A DNA stretch of 64,000 nucleotides from Pseudomonadota bacterium (GCA_038523925.1 JBCBIY010000005.1:27716-91715), one strand, 5' to 3'; numbered from the stretch's first letter, positions 19,355 through 29,098 are shown. Notes: a model not told the origin generated them from the letters alone. Translations and numbers: made by a program.

Positions 19355-21726
19355 ACGCTCAGCGCAACCGGCATGTGGCGCCGGCGCCAAGGGCCGATGG
19401 CGGCGTCGGTACGGCGAAAGCGCACGACAGCGCGCCGCTGCACGTCACCGGCGAGGCGGTCTACGTCGACGACATCGCCGTGCCCTCCGATACGCTGCAT
19501 GCCCACATCGCATTGAGTGACGTGGCGCACGGCAGGCTTACGTCGCTTGATATTGCAGCGGTGCGTGCGGCGCCCGGCGTCGTCGACGTCATCACGGCGG
19601 CAGATGTGCCGGGCGTGAACGACGTGAGCCCCATCGCCGGTGATGATCCGATGCTCGCGGCCGACACAATCTCATACAACGGCCAGGCGCTTTTCGCGGT
19701 TGCCGCCGAGACGCAACTTCAGGCGCGGCGGGCGGCGAAACACGCGGTCGTCGATATCGATGCCGGGTCCCCAATCGTCACCATCGACCAGGCGATGGAC
19801 GCCGGCTCCCTTCTCGGGCCCCCGGAGGTGATGGAAAGCGGCGACCTTGATGATGCGCTGGCACGCACGCCGCATCGGCTGCAAGGCCGACTCTATATTG
19901 GCGGGCAGGAACACCTCTACCTTGAAGGACAGGCAGCGCTCGCGATCCCCGGCGAAGGGCGCGACGTGACCGTGCATGCCTCGACCCAGCACCCGACTGA
20001 GATCCAGCACAAGGTCGCGCATGTGCTCGGGCTCGCCTCGCATGACGTGACGGTCGAAGTCCGGCGGATGGGCGGTGCGTTCGGGGGTAAGGAGAGCCAG
20101 GGAAACCTGCCGGCGTGCATTGCCGCGCTGCTGGCCGTGAGAACACGGCGACCGGTCAAAGTCGTCTACGATCGCGACGACGATATGCGGGTGACCGGCA
20201 AGCGCCACGACTTCCGCATCGACTACGACGTCGGCTTCGATGACCACGGCCGCATCACTGCGCTCGACGTGACCCACGCGATCCGCTGCGGCATGTCGTG
20301 GGACTTGTCCGAGCCGATCGGCGACCGGGCGATGTTCCACGCAGACAACTGCTACTTCCTCGAGCACGCGCGGATCACGTCCTACCGGTGCAAAACGCAT
20401 ACGGCGTCGAACACAGCCTTCCGCGGGTTTGGCGGCCCCCAAGGCATGATCGGCATGGAGCGGATCATCGATCATGTCGCGTACGCGCTTGGCCGCGATG
20501 CACTCGCCGTGCGCCGGGCGAACTTCTATGATCACCGCGACGCCCCCGCGCCCAAGCGGCGGACAACGCCCTACAACATGGCGGTTGAAGACTGCATCAT
20601 CCAAGACCTCGCCGACGGCGTCGCGCGAACATCGCATTACGCCGCGCGCTGCGAAGAGATCGCCGCCTGGAACGCCGCCAATCCCGTGCTCAAGAAGGGC
20701 ATCGCGCTGACGCCGGTCCGCTTCGGGATCTCGTTCACCAAGACGTTCCTCAATCAGGCCGGCGCGCTCGTCCACGTCTACAACGACGGCTCGATCGGGC
20801 TTAATCATGGCGGGACCGAAATGGGGCAGGGGCTCTTCACGAAGGTTGCGCAAGTGGTCGCCGAAGAGTTCCAGGTCGATGCGGACCGCGTGAAGATCAC
20901 GGCGACGACGACGGGCAAGGTGCCGAACACGTCGGCGACGGCAGCATCGTCCGGGGCCGACCTCAATGGCATGGCGGCCGCCAACGCCGCCCGCAAAATT
21001 AAGACGCGAATCGCAGCGCATCTGGCCGAACAGCATCAGGCCGCGCCGGAAGACGTCCGCTTCCTGCCGGGCCGCATCGCTGTTGGCGGGCAGGAAATGA
21101 GCTTCGATGACGCGGTGATGTCGGCCTATATGGCGCGCGTTCCGCTGTCGGCGACCGGCTTCTACGCGACGCCAAAGATCGGGTGGAATAAGCAGGAGCG
21201 GACAGGCCGACCGTTTTTCTACTTTGCCTACGGCGCCGCGGTGACTGAGGCCGTGATTGATACGCTGACTGGCGAGAACCGTCTGCTCCGCGCTGATATC
21301 CTGCACGACGTCGGCCGCTCGCTGAACCCTGCGATTGATCGCGGCCAGATCGAGGGCGGCTACGTCCAAGGTGCCGGCTGGCTGACGACGGAAGAGCTCG
21401 TCTGGGACGCGGCGGGGGCGCTGAAGACACATGCGCCGTCGACCTACAAGATCCCAACCAGCGCGGACCGCCCGCCGGAATTGAACATCGCGATTTACGA
21501 TCGCGGCGCGAACGCGGAGGAGACCGTCTATCGTTCGAAGGCGGTTGGCGAGCCGCCGTTTATGCTCGCGATCTCAGCCTTCTTTGCGATCTCGGATGCG
21601 ATCGCGCGGGCGGGCGGCGGGCAATATCCCGATTTGCAGGCGCCGGCGACACCTGAGCGCGTGCTCGCCGCGCTCAAAGCCTCGGGCCTCGCAGATGCAG
21701 CCGAGCGGTTTGGAGCGGGCCAATGA
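19351..21726 (+). CDS. xdhB: xanthine dehydrogenase molybdopterin-binding subunit
   Basis: 791 aa with aldehyde oxidase/XDH patterns (GGAFGGKE, GTEMGQG, AVGEPP). Its ATG overlaps the xdhA stop (ATGA). Confidence 0.9.
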   Translation: MNAQRNRHVAPAPRADGGVGTAKAHDSAPLHVTGEAVYVDDIAVPSDTLHAHIALSDVAHGRLTSLDIAAVRAAPGVVDVITAADVPGVNDVSPIAGDDPMLAADTISYNGQALFAVAAETQLQARRAAKHAVVDIDAGSPIVTIDQAMDAGSLLGPPEVMESGDLDDALARTPHRLQGRLYIGGQEHLYLEGQAALAIPGEGRDVTVHASTQHPTEIQHKVAHVLGLASHDVTVEVRRMGGAFGGKESQGNLPACIAALLAVRTRRPVKVVYDRDDDMRVTGKRHDFRIDYDVGFDDHGRITALDVTHAIRCGMSWDLSEPIGDRAMFHADNCYFLEHARITSYRCKTHTASNTAFRGFGGPQGMIGMERIIDHVAYALGRDALAVRRANFYDHRDAPAPKRRTTPYNMAVEDCIIQDLADGVARTSHYAARCEEIAAWNAANPVLKKGIALTPVRFGISFTKTFLNQAGALVHVYNDGSIGLNHGGTEMGQGLFTKVAQVVAEEFQVDADRVKITATTTGKVPNTSATAASSGADLNGMAAANAARKIKTRIAAHLAEQHQAAPEDVRFLPGRIAVGGQEMSFDDAVMSAYMARVPLSATGFYATPKIGWNKQERTGRPFFYFAYGAAVTEAVIDTLTGENRLLRADILHDVGRSLNPAIDRGQIEGGYVQGAGWLTTEELVWDAAGALKTHAPSTYKIPTSADRPPELNIAIYDRGANAEETVYRSKAVGEPPFMLAISAFFAISDAIARAGGGQYPDLQAPATPERVLAALKASGLADAAERFGAGQ

Positions 21727-22745
21727 CCGCCACACGCCGTCCGCTCGAGCCGAGCTTTCAGGCGCTGATCGACGGGACGTTCCCTGGATGCGAACCGGGC
21801 TCGGAACAGCGTGTGGTCCGCGTCGTCATTGCCGAAGTGCGAGGATCGGCACCGCGTGAGCCGGGCGCTGCCATGCTCGTCAGCGGTGACGCACAGTTCG
21901 GCACCATCGGCGGCGGGCGGTTGGAGTTCGAGGCCGTGCGCTTGGCCCGGCTGATGCTTGCAGAGCAACCGCGCGGCGACTGGCAGCGGCGGATGGAGAG
22001 CTGGCCGCTCGGGCCTAACCTCGGCCAGTGCTGCGGCGGGCATGTCGGCGTGTTGTTCGAGATCTTTGGAGCGCGGGAACGCGACGGTCTCCGCAGTCTC
22101 CGCAATGGCGATGCAATCACACGTCCCGTGACGTCAGGTGCCCCGCTCGCGGCGGCCCAGTCACACGCGCGCGCGGCCCTCGACGGCGCACGCTTCATAG
22201 AACCGCTTGGCCCAGCGCTCACGCCGGTTTTCATCTATGGCGCTGGCCACACGGGCCGCGCGATCGTCAAAGCGTTAGAGCCGCTTGACTTTGCAGTCAC
22301 CTGGATCGACACGGCGGCTGACCGCTTTCCGGGCGCGCTGTCAGAGCCCGCGTCTGGTCGCTTGACCAAGGTCGTTACAGCCAATCCAGCGCGGTCAACA
22401 CGCCTCGCCGCTGACACAACGTGCCATGTGGTGCTGACGTACGCGCACGCGATGGACCTCGACATCTGCGATGCCGTGCTCCGTCGCCAAAAATTCCGCT
22501 TCCTGGGCCTCATTGGTTCGGCGACCAAGCGCGCGCGGTTCGTATCTCAGTTGCGCAAACGCGGGATTGATGACGTGGCGCTCTCACGCATGACGTGCCC
22601 CATCGGGTTGCCCGATTTGAACTCTAAGCATCCGGCTGTGCTTGCGCTCGGTGTTGCCGCGCAATTGCAGATGGTCCGGGAGGCGGACGGCGACGCTCAC
22701 CTCGGTGGAACCAACACGTGCTTGCAGGCTTTACCGGAAGGGTAG
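21723..22745 (+). CDS. xdhC: xanthine dehydrogenase accessory/maturation protein
   Basis: 340 aa with XdhC/CoxI-like patterns (GSAPREPGA, GGG..E, IYGAGHTGRA Rossmann-like). It overlaps the xdhB stop. Confidence 0.8.
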   Translation: MTATRRPLEPSFQALIDGTFPGCEPGSEQRVVRVVIAEVRGSAPREPGAAMLVSGDAQFGTIGGGRLEFEAVRLARLMLAEQPRGDWQRRMESWPLGPNLGQCCGGHVGVLFEIFGARERDGLRSLRNGDAITRPVTSGAPLAAAQSHARAALDGARFIEPLGPALTPVFIYGAGHTGRAIVKALEPLDFAVTWIDTAADRFPGALSEPASGRLTKVVTANPARSTRLAADTTCHVVLTYAHAMDLDICDAVLRRQKFRFLGLIGSATKRARFVSQLRKRGIDDVALSRMTCPIGLPDLNSKHPAVLALGVAAQLQMVREADGDAHLGGTNTCLQALPEG

Positions 22746-22805
22746 CCCTGCAGGCGATTGCTAACGGCCGCGCGCCACTTGCCTACCTAACCCAAGGACG
22801 AAGAC

Positions 22806-24584
22806 ATGTGTGGCATCTGCGGCGAGATCAGATTTGATGGCAGTCCCGCATCCGCGGGTGCGATCGAACGCATGACCACCGCCATGGCGTCCCGCGGGCC
22901 GGATGGCGCGGGCGCCATTGTCCGCGGCGCCGTTGCGTTCGGCCATTGCCGTCTGAAAATCATCGACCTCAGTGAAGCCTCCGCGCAGCCCTTCACTGAC
23001 ACCGAACTCGGCCTGACGATCGCATTCAACGGCTGCATCTATAACTATCAGGCGCTCCGCGAAGAGCTGATCGCGCGAGGCTATCGGTTCGCATCGACCG
23101 GCGACACGGAAGTGATCCTGAAGGCGTGGCACGCCTGGGGGTTCGATGCCGTCTCAAAGCTGCACGGCATGTTCGCCTTCGCCATCCACGACCGCGAGAG
23201 CGGCCGCACGGCACTTGTGCGCGACCGCTTCGGAATCAAGCCGCTTTACACCGCCGAGATCGACAAGGGGCTGCGGTTTGCCTCAACGCTGCCGGCCCTG
23301 CTCGCGAGCGGCGGCGTTGATACCGAGATCGACCGCGTCGCGCTCCACCACTACATGACGTGGCATGCCGTCGTGCCGCCACCGCGCACGATCTATCGCG
23401 GTGTCCGCAAGCTGCCACCGGCGACGATCCGCATTATCGATGCTGAAGGTGCGACGGTTAGCGAGACGGTCTACTGGCAACCTGACTTTGCGCGCACGCC
23501 CGAGGAGGCCGAACGCCCGTTCGCGGCCTGGCGCGATGACGTGCTCGAAGCGCTCCGCCTGGCCGTGCGCCGCCGCATGGTCGCGGACGTGCCGGTCGGC
23601 GTGCTGCTGTCGGGCGGCGTCGACAGCTCGATGATCGTCGGGCTTCTTGCCGAGGAGGGCCAGAGCGGGCTTGCCACGTACTCGATCGGGTTTGAGGAGG
23701 CGCACGGCGAGAAGGGCGACGAGTTTGTCTACTCGGACCTCATCGCAAAGCACTACGGCACCGACCACCACAAGATCTTCATTCCCTCGTCGGAGATGCT
23801 CGAGAACCTCCCGCATGCGATTGCCGCGATGTCAGAACCGATGGTCTCCTACGACAACATCGGCTTCTTCCTGCTCTCGCGTGAGGTCTCAAAGACGATA
23901 AAAGTCGTCCAGTCCGGGCAGGGCGCTGATGAGGTCTTTGGCGGCTATCACTGGTATCCGCCGTTGCTCGATTCACACGATGCGGTCGGCGACTACGCAG
24001 CCCACTTCTTTGACCGCACACATGCTGAACTGAGCCAGCATCTCGCGCCTGACTACCTTGCCGGCCGCGACGAGAGCCTCGCGTTTGTCGAAGAGCAGTT
24101 TTCGCGCGCCGGTGCACCGACGGCTGTCGATAAAGCGCTCCGACTCGACACCAACGTCATGCTTGTCGATGACCCGGTCAAACGGGTCGACAACATGACC
24201 ATGGCCTGGGGCCTCGAAGCGCGCGTCCCGTTCCTCGATCACGAACTCGTCGAACTTGCAGGCCGCATCCCGGCCCGGCACAAGCTGGCCCACGGCGGCA
24301 AGGGCGTCCTCAAGGAGGCAGCCCGCAAGGTCGTCCCCGCCGATGTGATCGACCGGCCGAAGGGGTACTTCCCGGTGCCGGCGCTCAAGTACCTGCAGGG
24401 CCCTTATCTCACCATGGTCCGCGACGCGCTGACGAACGACAAGGCGCGGGCCCGCGGCCTGTTTCGCCAGGACTATCTCGAACGCCTATTTGCCGCGCCC
24501 GAGGAGCACATCACCAAGCTCCGCGGATCGGAACTTTGGCAAGTCGCACTGCTTGAAATGTGGTTGCAGACCCAGGAGGGCTGA
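22806..24584 (+). CDS. asnO: N-acetylglutaminylglutamine amidotransferase (asparagine synthase-like, glutamine-hydrolysing)
   Basis: MCGICGE Ntn-amidotransferase start and an SGGVDSS PP-loop. It is the first gene of the asnO-ngg-M42 trio. Confidence 0.8.
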   Translation: MCGICGEIRFDGSPASAGAIERMTTAMASRGPDGAGAIVRGAVAFGHCRLKIIDLSEASAQPFTDTELGLTIAFNGCIYNYQALREELIARGYRFASTGDTEVILKAWHAWGFDAVSKLHGMFAFAIHDRESGRTALVRDRFGIKPLYTAEIDKGLRFASTLPALLASGGVDTEIDRVALHHYMTWHAVVPPPRTIYRGVRKLPPATIRIIDAEGATVSETVYWQPDFARTPEEAERPFAAWRDDVLEALRLAVRRRMVADVPVGVLLSGGVDSSMIVGLLAEEGQSGLATYSIGFEEAHGEKGDEFVYSDLIAKHYGTDHHKIFIPSSEMLENLPHAIAAMSEPMVSYDNIGFFLLSREVSKTIKVVQSGQGADEVFGGYHWYPPLLDSHDAVGDYAAHFFDRTHAELSQHLAPDYLAGRDESLAFVEEQFSRAGAPTAVDKALRLDTNVMLVDDPVKRVDNMTMAWGLEARVPFLDHELVELAGRIPARHKLAHGGKGVLKEAARKVVPADVIDRPKGYFPVPALKYLQGPYLTMVRDALTNDKARARGLFRQDYLERLFAAPEEHITKLRGSELWQVALLEMWLQTQEG

Positions 24585-24586
24585 AT

Positions 24587-26365
24587 ATGCCCGCGTCCCA
24601 GAAGACGAAGTCGCGCGCGCAGGCCCATCGCATCAAGCGGGCGCGCTCTGAAAGCAACGTCGCCTCGACCGGCGTCGATCGCGATACCGTGGTCCGCAAT
24701 GCGAGCATCGACTGCGGCTGGGGCCGATTGTTGTTCGCAAACACATTCGACACGCCGCAGCTTCTCGCCGAGACACTGCGCGCGGAAGGCCCCGATCGGC
24801 GCGACATCGCGTTTTACGCGCTCGACCCGCACGTGGCGCTTGCCGAGGCGCCGCAGGAACTCTTCCTCGACCCCTCCCACACCTATCGGCTCGACCTCTC
24901 GACCTACCGGCCGTCGAAGAAGCGACCAACGGCCTTCTTTATTCGTCGGCTCACGACCGGTGCGGACGCGGAAGCGGTCAACGCGATCTATTCAAGCCGC
25001 GGAATGGTGCAGGTGCCTCAAGACTTCTTCTGGTCGCATCGCGATGACCGGAAGCTGACGGTCCTTGTCGCAGAAGATGCCGACACAGGCGCGATCCTCG
25101 GCACGGTCATGGGTGTCGACCATGCCCGCGCGTTCCGCGATCCGGAGAAGGGGTCTTCCCTCTGGTGTCTCGCCGTCGGCCCGCAGGCGCCGCATCCGGG
25201 GCTCGGCGAAGCGCTGGTCCGCCGGCTCTCGGAACACTTCCAGGCGCGCGGCGCGGCCTACATGGACCTCTCCGTCATCCACGACAACAGCCAGGCAATC
25301 GCACTCTACGAGAAGATCGGGTTTCGCCGCGCGCCGGTCTTCGCGATCAAGCGCAAGAACGTCATCAACGAGAAGCTGTACGTCGGCAACAGCGACGATG
25401 ATGCGTTCAATCCCTATGCGCGGCTGATCATTGACGAAGCGCGCCGCCGCGGGATCGACGTTGAGACGATTGATGCAGAAGGCGGGTTCTTCCGGTTGTC
25501 GTTTGGCGGGCGCGCGATCGTCTGCCGGGAATCGTTGAGCGAGTTCACATCCGCCGTCGCCATGTCGATTTGTGACGACAAGCGCGTCACCCGCCGGATC
25601 GTGGAGGCAGCCGGCGTCGCCGTCCCGCCGCAACTGACCGATCATGACGCAAAGGCGCGCGCCGACTTCCTCGCCGAACACGGCCAAGTCGTCGTCAAGC
25701 CAGCCCGCGGCGAACAGGGCCGCGGCGTCGCAGTCGGGCTCTCCACCGCGGATGAGGTCGAAGTGGCGATCGCCGCTGCCCGAGAGATCTGCCCGGATGT
25801 TGTGATCGAGGCCTGCTTTGAGGGCGAGGATTTGCGCATCATCGTCATTGATGAGCGCGTGGTCGCCACCGCGATCCGCCGTCCGGCCCGCATCGTCGGC
25901 GACGGGCAGAGCCGCGTGCTCGACCTTATCAAAGCGCAGAGCCGGCGGCGGTCAGCGGCGACCGGCGGTGAAAGTGCAATCCCGCTCGATGATGAAACCG
26001 AGCGCTGCGTACGCGAAGCGGGGTTCGCGTTAGATCAGGTTGTGCCCTGCAACACGGAGATCAGCGTCCGGCGGACGGCCAACCTGCACACTGGCGGCAC
26101 CATCCATGATGCCACCGGTGAAACGCACCCGGCGCTGATTGAAGCTGCGATCCGTGCGGCACGGGCAATCGAGATTCCGGTCACCGGTATTGATCTGATG
26201 GTCAAAAGCCCGCGCGAGTCGGAGTATGTATTTATCGAGGCCAACGAGCGGCCGGGCCTTGCCAATCACGAGCCGCAACCGACGGCTGAACGCTTTGTCG
26301 ACCTCTTGTTCCCGCTCACAGTCCCGCATAGCGTTCGCCAGCAGAAGAGGAAACCGCAGACGTGA
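24587..26365 (+). CDS. ngg: N-acetylglutaminylglutamine synthetase (GNAT + ATP-grasp fusion)
   Basis: N-terminal GNAT region (QARGAAYMDLSVIHDNSQAIALYEKIGF) and a C-terminal ATP-grasp region (VVKPARGEQGRGV). AGGAGG lies before the ATG at 24587. Confidence 0.8.
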   Translation: MPASQKTKSRAQAHRIKRARSESNVASTGVDRDTVVRNASIDCGWGRLLFANTFDTPQLLAETLRAEGPDRRDIAFYALDPHVALAEAPQELFLDPSHTYRLDLSTYRPSKKRPTAFFIRRLTTGADAEAVNAIYSSRGMVQVPQDFFWSHRDDRKLTVLVAEDADTGAILGTVMGVDHARAFRDPEKGSSLWCLAVGPQAPHPGLGEALVRRLSEHFQARGAAYMDLSVIHDNSQAIALYEKIGFRRAPVFAIKRKNVINEKLYVGNSDDDAFNPYARLIIDEARRRGIDVETIDAEGGFFRLSFGGRAIVCRESLSEFTSAVAMSICDDKRVTRRIVEAAGVAVPPQLTDHDAKARADFLAEHGQVVVKPARGEQGRGVAVGLSTADEVEVAIAAAREICPDVVIEACFEGEDLRIIVIDERVVATAIRRPARIVGDGQSRVLDLIKAQSRRRSAATGGESAIPLDDETERCVREAGFALDQVVPCNTEISVRRTANLHTGGTIHDATGETHPALIEAAIRAARAIEIPVTGIDLMVKSPRESEYVFIEANERPGLANHEPQPTAERFVDLLFPLTVPHSVRQQKRKPQT

Positions 26366-27522
26366 CGTCAGCCCGCAACCGGCTTGAGATCGATACGTAC
26401 GACCTGCGCGCGCAACTCGAAGCGCTGCTGTCGATCCCGAGCCCGACCGGCTACACCGACAACATCGTCCGCTACGTCTGCGGCGTTCTCGAAGACATCG
26501 GCATTGAATATGACCTGACGCGGCGCGGTGCGATCCGCGGTGTTCTGCCGGGCGTGGCGAGTGCCGGGGCGCGCGCGATCGTCAGCCACGTCGACACGCT
26601 CGGCGCGCAGGTTAAGTCGATCAAAAATACCGGGCGGTTGGAGCTTGTGCCCGTCGGCACCTGGTCGGCGCGCTTTGCCGAGGGCGCACGCGTCACGATC
26701 CATACCGAGCGCGGCACATTCCGCGGGACGATCCTGCCGCTTAAGGCGTCGGGCCATACCTACGGCGATGACATCGACGCAGCACCCGTCGGCTGGCCGT
26801 ACGTTGAGCTTAGGGTCGATGCTCTTGGGACATCGGTTGACGAGATCCGCCGCCATGGCATCGACGTCGGCGACATCGTCGCCATCGATCCCGCGCCTGA
26901 GTTCATGGAAAACGGCTTCATTGTCTCGCGCCATCTCGATAACAAGGCGGGGGTCGCCGTCATGTTGGCGGCGCTGCGCGCGCTGGCGCAGTCAGACAAG
27001 AAACCGCCGGTCGACATCTTCTGGCTGTTTACGATCGCAGAAGAAGTCGGCCATGGCGCTGCGTCCATCCTGCTGCCGGACATCGCCTCGATGGTGGCCG
27101 TCGACAATGGAACATCAGCGCCGGGGCAGAACTCGTCTGAGTTCGGTGTGACCGTCTCGATGGCCGACCAAACCGGCCCGTTCGACTTCCACCTGACGCG
27201 CAAGCTCGTCGAACTCTGTGAGGCCAACGACATCCGCTATCAGAAGGATGTGTTCCGCTACTACCGCTCCGACAGCGCGTCTGCGATCGAGGCCGGCGCC
27301 GATGTGCGCACAGCACTTGTCACGTTCGGCGTCGACGCGAGCCACGGCTACGAACGCATCCATATGCATGCGCTCCGGTCGCTTGCCGAATTGCTGACCT
27401 GCTACAGTCTGAGCGATGTTGAGATCCCGCGCGACAAGAAGGCGGTCGCGGACCTGTCAGGCTTTACGCGTCAACCGTCCGAGCCGGCCGACCAAACGTC
27501 CGAGGACATCACACACGACTAG
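26362..27522 (+). CDS. M42-family peptidase of the NAGGN system
   Basis: 386 aa, M42 glutamyl-aminopeptidase-like (HVDTLG, SRHLDNKAG, EEVGHGA). The GTG start overlaps the ngg stop (GTGA). Confidence 0.75.
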   Translation: MTSARNRLEIDTYDLRAQLEALLSIPSPTGYTDNIVRYVCGVLEDIGIEYDLTRRGAIRGVLPGVASAGARAIVSHVDTLGAQVKSIKNTGRLELVPVGTWSARFAEGARVTIHTERGTFRGTILPLKASGHTYGDDIDAAPVGWPYVELRVDALGTSVDEIRRHGIDVGDIVAIDPAPEFMENGFIVSRHLDNKAGVAVMLAALRALAQSDKKPPVDIFWLFTIAEEVGHGAASILLPDIASMVAVDNGTSAPGQNSSEFGVTVSMADQTGPFDFHLTRKLVELCEANDIRYQKDVFRYYRSDSASAIEAGADVRTALVTFGVDASHGYERIHMHALRSLAELLTCYSLSDVEIPRDKKAVADLSGFTRQPSEPADQTSEDITHD

Positions 27523-27540
27523 ACACCCGTTGGGGCTGGC

Positions 27541-28980
27541 ATGGCGCAACCGTACACCGAACCCTGCGCCAAACAGGTCATCGCGGCCGGTCCTCATGCC
27601 CCAAGCGCCGTTCTGCCGGAAGCGCAGCGGCGCTGGGTTCTGGCGGCCTGCGTGCTCGCATCGTCAATGGCGTTCATCGACGGATCGGCGCTCACTGTTG
27701 CGCTCCCCGCGCTAAAGTCCGACTTCGGCGCTGATCTCGCGGCCGTCCAATGGGTGATCAACGGCTATGCGCTGGCGCTCGCCGCCCTGACGCTGATCGG
27801 CGGTGCGCTTGCTGATCAGTACGGCAAGGCGCGCATGCTGCAGCTTGGCGCAGCGTTGTTCGGCGCCTCCTCAGTGGCGTGCGCCATCGCGCCGACGGTG
27901 GAATGGCTGATTGCCGCGCGCGTCCTGCAGGGCGTCTCGGCAGCCCTACTGGTGCCGGCCAGTCTTGCGCTCATTGGTGCATCCTATCCGCAGTCTGAGC
28001 GCAATCGCGCCATCGGCGTCTGGGCGGCTGCTTCTGCGCTGACGACCGCGGGCGGACCGGTCATCGGCGGCTGGCTCACCGAGGTGTTCGGATGGGAGGG
28101 TGTGTTCTGGATCAACCCACCGCTCGCAGCCGCGGTCATCATCATCCTAAGCAGGCTTGCGGCGCAGTGTGTCCGCGAGGTGCGACGCTTCGATGTTGTT
28201 GGAGCAGCGCTGATCGCCTCTGCACTGTTCGCTCTCGCATGGGGGCTGAGCGCGATCGGGCCGGGCGAAGGCGAGGCGGCGGCGTCAGCGCTCAGCGTCT
28301 CGATGAATGCGGAGGTGTTTCTGTGGTTGGCGGCCAGCCTCGCCGGGCTTGTCGCCTTCGTTCTTTGGGAGCAACAGACCGCGGCCCCCATGGTCCCAAT
28401 GCGCCTCTTCGCACGCCGCGACTTTGCAGGACTCAACGCGGTGACGCTTGGTGTTTATGGCGCACTCTCCGTGATGTTCTTTCTTGTGCCTTTCGAGCTC
28501 GTGGAGCGGCGCGGGCTGTCTGCCGCGATGGCCGGCGCCTCGCTCCTGCCGTTCACGCTTGGCGTGGGTTTGCTGTCGCGCGTTTTTGGCGGCATCGCGG
28601 ACACGATCGGCGCGAAGGCGATGATTGTTGCCGGATCACTCGGCGCAGCATTTGCCTTCGCCCTCTTCGCCGCTCTTGCCACGCAGTCGTTGATCGTCGG
28701 CATCCTCGTGCCAATGGCCGTGCTTGGCGTGTCCTTCGCGGTCATCGTCGCCCCACTAACCGCCGCGGTCATGTCGAGTGCGTCGGAGGCAGAGGAGGGT
28801 CTTGCGTCGGGCATCAACAACACGGCAAGCCGTATCGCGCAGATGATCGGCGTCGCAGCCGCTGCTGGCATCGGGAGCGTCACAGGCGGCTACACGCTCG
28901 GCATGTGGCTCGCAGCGGCGTTGGCGCTGGTTGCCGCTGGCATCGCGCTGACGATCGGCACGCCGCGGCAGTCGGCGTAG
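27541..28980 (+). CDS. MFS transporter, DHA2 (14-TMS drug:H+ antiporter)-like
   Basis: 479-aa hydrophobic ORF with an MFS motif-A-like GGALADQYGKARM and a DHA2-like length. Confidence 0.75.
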   Translation: MAQPYTEPCAKQVIAAGPHAPSAVLPEAQRRWVLAACVLASSMAFIDGSALTVALPALKSDFGADLAAVQWVINGYALALAALTLIGGALADQYGKARMLQLGAALFGASSVACAIAPTVEWLIAARVLQGVSAALLVPASLALIGASYPQSERNRAIGVWAAASALTTAGGPVIGGWLTEVFGWEGVFWINPPLAAAVIIILSRLAAQCVREVRRFDVVGAALIASALFALAWGLSAIGPGEGEAAASALSVSMNAEVFLWLAASLAGLVAFVLWEQQTAAPMVPMRLFARRDFAGLNAVTLGVYGALSVMFFLVPFELVERRGLSAAMAGASLLPFTLGVGLLSRVFGGIADTIGAKAMIVAGSLGAAFAFALFAALATQSLIVGILVPMAVLGVSFAVIVAPLTAAVMSSASEAEEGLASGINNTASRIAQMIGVAAAAGIGSVTGGYTLGMWLAAALALVAAGIALTIGTPRQSA

Positions 28981-29054
28981 GCGGCCTGCTGCGTCTTCGC
29001 GGCGGCACCGCCTGATCAATCGGGCCGAGTGGCCTTCCTCCGTCGCCTCTGATA

Positions 29055-29078
29055 TGCATAATTTCCGGAAATTATGCA
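29055..29078. promoter_or_regulatory. perfect 24-bp palindrome; candidate operator upstream of tupB
   Basis: TGCATAATTTCCGGAAATTATGCA is its own reverse complement. It sits in a locally AT-rich stretch 21 nt upstream of the ATG at 29099. A further ATGCA half-site overlaps that start codon. Confidence 0.55.
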
Positions 29079-29098
29079 GCATTGTGCAATCTAAAGCT

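Noticed and set aside
19672-21432. A 586-aa ORF antisense to xdhB. Similar long antisense or out-of-frame ORFs occur elsewhere: 569-1546 (+), 5835-7019 (-), 15603-16526 (+), 28092-29015 (+), 38272-39813 (-), 45766-47085 (-), 52708-53721 (+) and 60486-61373 (+).
   Set aside because: These are typical shadow ORFs of GC-rich DNA. They are Arg/Ala/Pro/Gly-rich low-complexity translations with no motifs, and each fully overlaps a gene whose protein has clear family signatures.
29054-29098. The upstream ATG at 29054 listed as the start of the permease ORF.
   Set aside because: That ATG lies inside the 24-bp palindrome in non-coding-looking AT-rich sequence, and the added peptide (MHNFRKLCSIVQSKA) is atypical. 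The ATG at 29099 gives a conventional N-terminus.
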